Origin: a virus
DNA: 64,000 nucleotides
Strand: one strand, 5' to 3'
IMG/VR virus record: IMGVR_UViG_3300021962_000054
Coordinates: 1 to 64,000 of that record
Every line of letters starts with the position of its first letter. The first letter of the stretch is position 1. Under the pieces are notes generated by a model. The model saw only the letters and a program-made list of their open reading frames with translations. It made no database searches and was not told the DNA's origin. The translations under genes were made by a program, and so were the position numbers. Positions 20,180 to 29,900 of the stretch are shown in pieces.

Positions 20180-22300
20180 ATGGCAGTAAGACCACTCAAT
20201 AGTATTGCAGGATTCTCGACTGGGGATCCTGCAATTGTCGTAGTACAGGCTAATGCCGACATAACTACAATAAACCTTACTGCTAACGGTATTAGTAATC
20301 TTGGCCCTGTCAGCAATCTAATACTTACAGGTGGTAGTAATGGTCAAGCACTTACTACTGATGGTAACGGTAATCTAAGTTTCACTACATTCAATGTCGA
20401 GAGCAATCGTGCTGCTCCAATGCCATATTTGATTCCTACTGGTGAATCATATATCGTCAATGAAAACTTTCAAGGTTTATATTCACAACCAATAACTATT
20501 GATGGTGAACTAGCCGTCGACGGTATGCTGATCGAAATTCAAGATAGCATTCAATCTGATCCCACACAAGTTTTATTTGATACTAACGGTGTCGCTACTG
20601 GTAACAACGGATTTACATTTTTAGCATATAACGGTAATTTGAATGTACCAGGTAACATAAATGTAACTGGAAGTGTTATTCCTAGTGCAGATGATACATA
20701 TGATCTTGGTAGCGCAAACTATCGTTTTGCGAATGGTTATTTTGGCGGTAATACTGTTTATATAGGTGGTGCATCAATTAGTATTGATGCTAACGGATTT
20801 GTTGTCATCACTAACGAAGTTGGTGGTACATTCACTGTCGAAGGCACAAGCCCCAGTGATACATCTGAAATTGAAAACGGAACAAGTAATGTAAAAGTTT
20901 TAGCGAACGGCAATGTGACATTCAATATTGCAGGTGTTGCTAATGTTATGCAAGTTACTTCAGCAGGAGCCAACCTTACTGGAAACTTGACTACTGGTGG
21001 TATAAAAACAGATAATCTTTATTATGCAAATGGCACCGCATGGAATTTTGGACAAGATCCGGGCGGTAGCAATACACAGATTCAATTCAACGATGATGGT
21101 AATTTCGCTGCAACAGCAAACTTCACATTCAATAAGGCTACTAATTTATTGACACTTGCTGGTACAGCAAATGTCACAGATTTGAATGTTAGCGGCAATG
21201 GGATAATTGATGGCAATCTAACTATCAATGGTAATCTTGTTTATGTAAATGTTGAAGAGTTATCAATAGAAGATCCAATCATCAATTTACAAACTGGTCC
21301 AAACGGCACACCGCCTAGCAGCAATAGTGGTAAAGATGTTGGTTCAGCACTAAACTATTACGACACACAAGCCCGTGTAGCATTCATGGGTTGGGATACT
21401 AGCAATAGTGAGTTCGCATTCGGTAGCCAAACGACTATAGCAAGCGAAGTTGTCACATTTGATACATTAGGCAATGTACGTGCGCAGACATTCAAAGGTA
21501 ATATCGAAGCAACAACAATTGCCGGTAATCTTACAACTGCCACACAAAGCAATATCACAACTGTAGGCACACTAAGTTCACTAACAGTATCAGGTAATAT
21601 TTCTCCTGGTAATATTTCAGGTGCTAATGCAATTGCAGCTAATTTCTTAGTATCTAACAGCGGTTGCGTAAGCATCAATGGAGCGTTCTTAGCTTATAAT
21701 AACAGCACAGGTGCAGGCGGTATTTTCACTAGCGGACCAACAGATATCAATCTAGGTCTTGCTGCAAATATCACTATGGGTAGTACTACAGGTGATGTAA
21801 CTGCCCGTGGCAATCTAATCGCTAACAATATTTCAACTACTGGTAATCTTACTGCAAATCTCATTACTGGTACACTAACAACAGCAGCACAAGCAAATAT
21901 TACTACAGTAGGTACACTAGGTAACTTGAACGTTTCTGGTAATATTGTAGGTAATATTGCTAATGCAAATACAGTAAAAACAAATAGTGTTGAAAGTAAG
22001 CGTAGTAGCGTTGCAGTCACTACACTTACAGTTATAGATAGTTTTGCTCTAAATGAATTTAGATCAGCAAAATACGTGATAAGCAGTCAAAATGATAATG
22101 GATATGAGAGCCTAGAAGTGCTTTTGATCCATAATGACATAAATAGTTATGCAACAGTTTACGGCGCTATCAATGATGGCGGTGGAAATACAATAACAAT
22201 AAGCACTGGGATAAACAGCGGAAATGTAGAATTGCGTGCTACTGGTACAGCCGGTAACACGGAAATAAAACTATTAGGGATGTATGTCCCAGTAATATAA
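20180..22300 (+). CDS. Virion fibre/structural protein 3
   Basis: N-terminus RPLNSIAGFS is shared with fibres 1-2; C-terminal IDSF....RSAKY module. Confidence 0.75.
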   Translation: MAVRPLNSIAGFSTGDPAIVVVQANADITTINLTANGISNLGPVSNLILTGGSNGQALTTDGNGNLSFTTFNVESNRAAPMPYLIPTGESYIVNENFQGLYSQPITIDGELAVDGMLIEIQDSIQSDPTQVLFDTNGVATGNNGFTFLAYNGNLNVPGNINVTGSVIPSADDTYDLGSANYRFANGYFGGNTVYIGGASISIDANGFVVITNEVGGTFTVEGTSPSDTSEIENGTSNVKVLANGNVTFNIAGVANVMQVTSAGANLTGNLTTGGIKTDNLYYANGTAWNFGQDPGGSNTQIQFNDDGNFAATANFTFNKATNLLTLAGTANVTDLNVSGNGIIDGNLTINGNLVYVNVEELSIEDPIINLQTGPNGTPPSSNSGKDVGSALNYYDTQARVAFMGWDTSNSEFAFGSQTTIASEVVTFDTLGNVRAQTFKGNIEATTIAGNLTTATQSNITTVGTLSSLTVSGNISPGNISGANAIAANFLVSNSGCVSINGAFLAYNNSTGAGGIFTSGPTDINLGLAANITMGSTTGDVTARGNLIANNISTTGNLTANLITGTLTTAAQANITTVGTLGNLNVSGNIVGNIANANTVKTNSVESKRSSVAVTTLTVIDSFALNEFRSAKYVISSQNDNGYESLEVLLIHNDINSYATVYGAINDGGGNTITISTGINSGNVELRATGTAGNTEIKLLGMYVPVI

Positions 22301-22314
22301 CAGGAATATAAAAA

Positions 22315-25300
22315 ATGAGCCTAAAAAATTTCGTAGTCAAAAATGGATTGACAGTAGGTGTAGCAAATATTGATGCGACATCTGGTAATCTATTTGCAGG
22401 TAACGCTAATCTAGGTAATCTAGCAGTAGCGAACTTCATAAGTGGTAATGGTGCATCATTATCAAGCATCACAGGTGGTAATGTCACTGGTCAAGTAGGT
22501 AATGCTCTTGTATCAGGTACTGTATACACCAATGCTCAACCAAACATCACTTCAGTAGGTACACTGACTGGGCTCACAGTAAACGGCGTCACTAGCTTAG
22601 GTGGTAACGGTAACGTCATCATCACTGGTGGTACTGATGGACAGTTCTTACAAACTAACGGTAACGGTAACTTAGCCTGGACAACGATTGTCACTTCAGG
22701 TGTTACAAACGGTACATCAAATGTTGCGATTCCTGTAACTAACGGCAACATCAATATGTCTGTAAACGGCAACGCAAATGTCGTTGTTGTTACAGATACA
22801 GGCATCAATGTATCAGGCACACTAAATGCTACAGGCAATGCTAACGTAGGTAATTTAGGCACAGCAGGTCTTATCGTTGCAACTGGCAACATCGATGGTG
22901 GTAATCTAAACACTAGTGGTGTCGTCTCAGCAACAGGTAACCTAAGTGCTGGTAACATCAGCACAGGTGGTGCATTAGCAGTAACAGGTAATGCAAGTGC
23001 TGGTAATATTTCAACAGGCGGTGCATTAACCGTAACTGGTAACGCAAGCGCAGGTAACATCAGCACAGGCGGTACACTAAGTGTAACAGGCAATGCTAAC
23101 GTCGGTAATATCGGCGGCGGTGTTGGTGTATTCACTGGTAACGTAGATGCTGCTAACTTCAACACAACAGGCCTAGTCGCAGCAACTGGTAACGTAAGTG
23201 GCGGTAATCTAACAACAGTAGGTGCTGTTGACGCAACTGGTAACGTATCAGGTGGTAACTTAGTTACTACTGGTCTAGTTAGCGCAACTGGTAACGTAGA
23301 CGGTGGCAATGTAAACGCATCAGGTAAAGTAGTAGCAAGCACATTAGAAAGTAATGTATCAACAGGTACTGCTCCACTATCTGTATTATCAACTACATTA
23401 GTTACTAACCTAAACGCAGATTTATTAGATGGTCATAACACAGACGTAGCAGCAACAGCAAATACAGTTGTTGTACGTGATGCTAACGCAAATATTAGTG
23501 GTAATAACATCAGCGGTACATTATCAACTGCTGCTCAACCAAATATTACTAGCGTTGGTACACTAAGTTCATTAGATGTAACTGGCAACGTTACAACAAG
23601 CGCAAACATCGTAACAGATTTGATTGTCGGTAAGACAACAAGTGTTACTATCACAGCAACAGGTGCAGATAGCAATATCTTCTTGAAGCCAACCGGTAAC
23701 GGTACAGTTGATGTTTGGAACAAAGTTATTTCAAACGTTGCTACACCAGTAGCAAGCACTGATGCAGCAACTAAGGGTTATGTTGACGCAGCCGTTGAAG
23801 GCTTGCACATACATGCACCTTGCGCAGCAGCAACTCCAGACACATTAGCAACTATCACATCAGGCACTATCACATATAACAATGGTAGTAGCGGTGTCGG
23901 TGCAACTCTTGTAACAACTGGTACATATACATTGATTGACGGTGTAAACATTGCTACAGTTGGCACAAGAGTTCTTGTCAAGAACGAAGCAAATGCCGCA
24001 CATAACGGTATCTATGTTTATACAGACGGCACAACACTAACAAGAGCAAGTGATTTCGACACACCAACTGAAATGGGCGGTGGTGACTTCACATTCGTAC
24101 AGAACGGCACACTATATAATGATACTGGTTGGGTAATGACTGACCCAGTAGCAACTGTAGGTACAAGTGCTGTAAACTTTGTACAGTTCTCAGGTGCTGG
24201 TACATATAGTGCAGGCACAGGTCTAACACTAAATGGCACTGAGTTCAGTATCAGCAATACTGCTGTCGTAGCAGGTACTTATGGTAATAGTGATGCTGTA
24301 GCAAGTTTCCAAGTCAATGCTCAAGGTCAATTAGTTTCAGCAAGTAACGTAGTTATCGCTGCTAACGCAGCAAACTTGACTGGTACTACACTTTCATCAA
24401 ACATTATAAATTCAAGTTTGACAAGTGTTGGTACACTAGGCTCATTGAGTGTAACTGGTAACGTAAGTGCAGGTAATGTCAGCGCAACTGATATCAGCGG
24501 TACTACATTAGGCGGTACACTAACAACAGCAAGTCAGCCAAACGTTACAAGTGTTGGTACACTAACTTCACTAAGTGTAACTGGTAATGCTAACGTTGGT
24601 AACATTGGTGCTACAAACGGCGTATTCACAGCAAACGTAAGCGCAGGCAACCTAAGTTCATCAGGTGCATTAGCCGTAACAGGCAACGCAAGTGCTGGTA
24701 ACATCAGTACAGGTGGCGCACTAAGTGTAACAGGTAACGCAAGTGCTGGCAACATCTCAACTGCGGGAGCATTGAGTGTAACTGGTAATGCAAACGTTGG
24801 CAACATTGGTGGCGGCATCGGTGTCTTTACAGGCAACGTAGACGCTGCTAACTTCAACACAACAGGTCTAGTTGCAGCAACTGGTAACGTAAGTGGTGGC
24901 AACATCACTACAGCAGGTGTAGTAAGTGCAACAGGCAACGTAAGTGGTGGTAACATCACTACAGCAGGTGTAGTAAGTGCAACAGGCAACGTAAGTGGTG
25001 GTAACCTAACGACTGCTGGTGCATTGAGTGTAACTGGTAACGCAAACGTTGGCAACATCGGCGCAGCAGCAGGTGTATTCAGTTCAACAGTAAGTGCAAC
25101 AGGCAACGTAAGCGGTGGTAATCTAACTACTGCCGGTGCTGTAGATGCAGTTGGTAACGTAGCAGGTGGCAACATCACTACAGCAGGTGTAGTAAGTGCA
25201 ACTGGTAACGTAAGTGGTGGCAATCTAACTACTGCTGGCGCATTGAGCGTAACTGGTAATGCTAACGTTGGCAATTTAGGCACAGGTGGATTGATTGTTG

Positions 25301-26160
25301 CTACAGGTAATATTACCGGCGGCAATCTAACTACTGCAGGTGCATTGAGCGTAACTGGTAATGCTAACGTTGGTAATATTGGTGCTAATAACGCAGTATT
25401 CACATTAGTAACAGGTACACTAACAACTGCTGCTCAACCTAACGTAACAAGTCTTGGTACACTAACAAGTCTTGATGTAAACGGCAACATTGTTGCTGCT
25501 AACATCACAGCAAACACTGGTGTATTCAGCGGTAACGGTAGTGGTTTACATCACTTAGCAGGTGCTAACGTAACTGGTCAAGTTGCTAACGCATTAGTTG
25601 CCGGTACAGTATACACTAACGCACAGCCAAACATCACTAGTGTTGGTACTCTAAGTTCATTAGCAGTAACAGGTAACGTAACTGCTGGTAACGTGAGCGC
25701 GACAGATGTTTCTGGTACTACATTAGGTGGTACACTAACAACTGCTGCGCAACCAAACGTAACAAGTTTAGGTACATTGACTAGCCTAGCAACTTCAGGT
25801 AACGCAGTAATCGGTGGCAACGTCAAAGTACAGATTGGTATCACAAGCAATCGTGCGAATGTAGCAGTAGGTAATTCAGCAACAGTGATCGATCAATTTG
25901 ATCCAACTAGTTGGAGAACTGCTAAGTATGTCATCAGCGGTAGCGGTGATGATGGATATCAATCAGCAGAAGTTATTTTGGTACATGATGGAAGTGACGC
26001 ATACATATCAATCTATGGTAGCGTATGCTCAAACGTCAGTGCTGATCTGTATGAATTATCAGCAAACATAGATGGAGTAAGTGGTAACGTGACTGTTTAT
26101 GCAACTTCAGATAGCGACAATTGCTATGTGAACTTAGTAAGCAGCTACATAAAAACATAA
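22315..26160 (+). CDS. Virion fibre/structural protein 4
   Basis: 17-aa ATGNVSGGN.TTAG repeats; DAATKGYVD module; C-terminal IDQF....RTAKY module. Confidence 0.75.
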   Translation: MSLKNFVVKNGLTVGVANIDATSGNLFAGNANLGNLAVANFISGNGASLSSITGGNVTGQVGNALVSGTVYTNAQPNITSVGTLTGLTVNGVTSLGGNGNVIITGGTDGQFLQTNGNGNLAWTTIVTSGVTNGTSNVAIPVTNGNINMSVNGNANVVVVTDTGINVSGTLNATGNANVGNLGTAGLIVATGNIDGGNLNTSGVVSATGNLSAGNISTGGALAVTGNASAGNISTGGALTVTGNASAGNISTGGTLSVTGNANVGNIGGGVGVFTGNVDAANFNTTGLVAATGNVSGGNLTTVGAVDATGNVSGGNLVTTGLVSATGNVDGGNVNASGKVVASTLESNVSTGTAPLSVLSTTLVTNLNADLLDGHNTDVAATANTVVVRDANANISGNNISGTLSTAAQPNITSVGTLSSLDVTGNVTTSANIVTDLIVGKTTSVTITATGADSNIFLKPTGNGTVDVWNKVISNVATPVASTDAATKGYVDAAVEGLHIHAPCAAATPDTLATITSGTITYNNGSSGVGATLVTTGTYTLIDGVNIATVGTRVLVKNEANAAHNGIYVYTDGTTLTRASDFDTPTEMGGGDFTFVQNGTLYNDTGWVMTDPVATVGTSAVNFVQFSGAGTYSAGTGLTLNGTEFSISNTAVVAGTYGNSDAVASFQVNAQGQLVSASNVVIAANAANLTGTTLSSNIINSSLTSVGTLGSLSVTGNVSAGNVSATDISGTTLGGTLTTASQPNVTSVGTLTSLSVTGNANVGNIGATNGVFTANVSAGNLSSSGALAVTGNASAGNISTGGALSVTGNASAGNISTAGALSVTGNANVGNIGGGIGVFTGNVDAANFNTTGLVAATGNVSGGNITTAGVVSATGNVSGGNITTAGVVSATGNVSGGNLTTAGALSVTGNANVGNIGAAAGVFSSTVSATGNVSGGNLTTAGAVDAVGNVAGGNITTAGVVSATGNVSGGNLTTAGALSVTGNANVGNLGTGGLIVATGNITGGNLTTAGALSVTGNANVGNIGANNAVFTLVTGTLTTAAQPNVTSLGTLTSLDVNGNIVAANITANTGVFSGNGSGLHHLAGANVTGQVANALVAGTVYTNAQPNITSVGTLSSLAVTGNVTAGNVSATDVSGTTLGGTLTTAAQPNVTSLGTLTSLATSGNAVIGGNVKVQIGITSNRANVAVGNSATVIDQFDPTSWRTAKYVISGSGDDGYQSAEVILVHDGSDAYISIYGSVCSNVSADLYELSANIDGVSGNVTVYATSDSDNCYVNLVSSYIKT
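24877..25030 (+). repeat. Near-identical 51-nt tandem repeats within fibre 4
   Basis: gcaac(t/a)gg(t/c)aacgtaagtggtgg(c/t)aacatcactacagcaggtgtagtaagt repeated. Confidence 0.8.
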
Positions 26161-26235
26161 TATTAGACTAGCATAAAATTTCTGGTTCAATAGAAATATT
26201 GAACCAGAATCTGGTTTAGTAACAAACAGGGAATA

Positions 26236-26862
26236 TTGGGAACTGTGAGTACTAAGTATTTTAACGTCAAAAATGGAATGACGACTGGCAACTTGCTTGT
26301 CAGCGAAGGCAATGTTACATTAGGTAATGTTAGCAGCCTACATATATCCGGCGGAAACAGTGGGTATTTTCTTAGCACCAACGGTAACGGAACACTATCT
26401 TGGGCAGATGCTCAAGCATCAGTTCCAGCAGATCCAATGCCCATTGTTGTTGATGAGGGCAACACACTTACTATCAGATCAAATTACCAAGGTTTGTTCG
26501 GTACTCCACTAACTATCGATGGTACTCTTACGATTGACGGAGCATTGATTGATGTTAGTGGTCAAGGTGCCCCAGGAAGCAACGCGCAGATCAGTTTCAA
26601 TGATGAGGGTAACCCTGCGGGTAATAATGGATTTACATTCAACAAAACTACCGGAAATGTCAATATTCCAGGTAGTATTAGTGTAGGTGCATTTTTTACT
26701 TTCCCTGCGTACAGTAAAGCAGATTTAGGTAATATAACAGGAATTTTAGGACAACTAGCAGTACTCAATGATAGTAGCCCTATAGGACAATTAGTTTTTT
26801 GGGACGCAAGTAATAATCGTTGGGCTTATGTAAGTGATAACGCAGCGATTACAAGTAGATAA
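26236..26862 (+). CDS. Short fibre-module protein 5
   Basis: TTG start after ggga; KYFNVKNG N-terminus like fibre 4; PMP...QGL..P.TIDG module shared with fibre 3. Confidence 0.65.
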   Translation: MGTVSTKYFNVKNGMTTGNLLVSEGNVTLGNVSSLHISGGNSGYFLSTNGNGTLSWADAQASVPADPMPIVVDEGNTLTIRSNYQGLFGTPLTIDGTLTIDGALIDVSGQGAPGSNAQISFNDEGNPAGNNGFTFNKTTGNVNIPGSISVGAFFTFPAYSKADLGNITGILGQLAVLNDSSPIGQLVFWDASNNRWAYVSDNAAITSR

Positions 26863-26926
26863 CAATGAATTTAGATAAATACAACAATATAGTAGAGAGT
26901 GTCTATTATAGTAGGAGATTTGACAA

Positions 26927-29900
26927 ATGCTAATTTTAAAACAGAACGCAGCGAATACAGTACCAACACCCCCAAGTGGTAAGGGTACTATTTTCTTGGA
27001 TGATAGTGACGTATTGAGCGTCAAAACTAGTGATGGAAACGTCGAAAATTTTCCAACAGTAGCAGCATCCAACTCACAAGTTGTTTTCATCGATGGAACA
27101 TCACTATCAGGAGATAACTCGCTATTATACAATTTCAATACTAACGTGTTGACATTGACCGGTAATGTAGCAGCAGGCAATGTCAAAACTGACAATCTCT
27201 TATATGCAAACGGCAATCCCTGGGATCTAAGCGATCCAGGCGGTAGTAACACAGAAATTCAATTCAATGACGATGAATCGTTCGGCGGCTCATCAGCATT
27301 TACATTCAACAAAACAACTAATGCAGTTTCAATGGGCGGCGCACTCACAGTTACAGGCAATGCAAGCGCAGGCAACTTGTCAACAGGCGGTGTATTATCA
27401 GTAACAGGAAACGCAAACGTAGGCAATCTAGGCACAGCTGGTCTTATCGTAGCGACTGGCAATGTTACTGGCGGTAATCTAGTCACATCAGGTACAGGTA
27501 GCGTCGGCGAACTTGCAGTTTCAGGTAACGCAGTCATCACTGGTAACCTTGCAGTAAACGGAAACGTAGTTTATGTAAACGTCGAGACACTTGATGTCGA
27601 AGATCCTATCATCGTATTAGGTGGCGGTCCAAACGGTGCAGCACCTACTACTGATGACGGTAAAGATCGCGGTACACAACTCCAATATTATAGCGGTAGC
27701 GCAAAAAATGCATTCATGGGCTGGGACAATAGCAACGCTGAATTCGGCATGGGTGCAGTTGTCTCTATTGTCAATGATGTAGTAACTTTTAGTACGTATG
27801 GTAACTTGCGTGTAGCAAACATCATCGGTAATGGTCAGGCATTGTCTGGTCTAACTGGTGCTAACGTAACAGGTACAGTAGCAAATGCAACACATGCATC
27901 AACAGCTAATACGGTAGTCGATGCAGCACAGCCAAATATCACTTCAGTCGGTACACTGTCAAGTGTTGCTGTAACAGGAAACGCTTCAGCAAATAACTTC
28001 AATGCTGCAACATATGTAGTAGCATCTAGCGTATATGCTAATGCAGGTACAGTTGCTGGAGATTTCGTGTCAGCTAACACAGATGTCACTGCCAATAGAA
28101 ATCTTCATGGCGGAAACGTTTATGCCAACTCAGGTCTAATTCAGTCAAATAACGCAACTGTTACTGCAACTCTATCAGCAGGCAATGTCAAAACTGACAA
28201 CCTACTATATGCAAACGGTAATCCTTGGGACCTAAGCGATCCAGGCGGCAGTAATACTGCGATCCAATTCAATGATGACGAATCATTTGGTGGCAGCGCA
28301 GCATTTACATTCGATAAGTCAAGCAACTTAGTTAGCGTCACTGCCAACTTAGATGCAAACAACCTAAACGCGACAACACATATCACATCAGGAAATGTTT
28401 GGGCTAACAGCGGCACTATCGGTGCAAGTTTACTAACTGGTACATTGACTACAGCAAGTCAGCCAAACGTGACTAGCTTAGGCACATTGAGCGGACTAAG
28501 TGTCAACGGCAATATCACAGCAGCAAACATCACTGCAAATACAGGTGTGTTTACTGGTAATGGTAGTGGCTTGTCAGCACTTGCAGGCGCTAATGTCACA
28601 GGTACAGTAGCAAATGCTACACATGCTTCAACTGCAAATACTGTTGTTGATGCAGCACAACCAAACATCACTTCAGTAGGTACATTGACATCACTAGCAG
28701 TTACAGGTAATGCTACTGCTGGAAATGTTTACGCTAATAGCGGTACAGTTGGTGCATCATTACTTACAGGTACATTGACAACAGCAGCACAACCAAACGT
28801 AACATCACTTGGTACTCTAAGTTCATTGGCAGTAACAGGCAATGTGGCTGCTGGTAACGTATATTCTAATAGCGGTACTATCGGTGCAAGTCTATTGACT
28901 GGCACGCTAACGACAGCAAGTCAACCAAACGTAACAGCAGTTGGTACATTGACTGGTCTAGCAGTAAATGGCAACATCACTGCTGCTAATATCACAGCAA
29001 ATACTGGCGTGTTTACAGGTAATGGTAGCGGTCTATCAGCAATCGCCGGCGCAAACGTAACTGGCACTGTAGCAAATGCAACACATTCAAGCACAGCAAA
29101 TACAGTGGTTGATGCAGCACAGGCAAATATTACTTCGGTCGGTACACTCACAGGTCTTAGTGTCGACGGTTCAAACATCACACTAGCAAATGGTGTGTTT
29201 GTTGGTAATGGTAGCGGTCTATCCGCACTAGCAGGTGCTAATGTAACTGGTACTGTAGCAAATGCAACACACGCATCAACAGCTAATACAGTAGTAGATG
29301 CGGCACAACCAAACATCACATCAGTTGGTACATTGACATCACTAGCAGTCACAGGTAACGCAAGTGCTGGTAATATATCAACAGCAGGTATCTTCAGTGG
29401 TAATGGTAGCGGCTTATCAGCAATCGCAGGTGCTAATGTAACAGGTGAAGTAACATTCGCAGCTACAGCAAATGCAGTAGCAGGTGCTAATGTAAGCGGT
29501 GAAGTAGGATTCGCAGCAGTAGCTAATAGTGTAGCAGGTGCTAATGTAAGCGGCCAAGTAGCAAACGCACTTGTAGCCGGTACTGTATATACTGCGGCTC
29601 AACCAAATATCACATCAGTTGGTACATTGACATCACTAGCAGTCACAGGTAATGTGTCAGCAGGTAATGTAAGTGCAACAGCTGGCGACTTCACATCAGT
29701 AAGCGGTAACGGTTCTGCCCTAACAGCACTAAACGCAAGCAATATATCAACTGGTACACTTGCTCAAGCAAGATTAGCAAATGCTAGCGTAACATTAGGT
29801 AGCACAGCATTGACACTTGGAGCAACTGTAACAACTGTTACAGGTCTATCAAGCGTAACATCAACAACGTTTGTTGGCGCATTGACTGGCGCTGCAACTA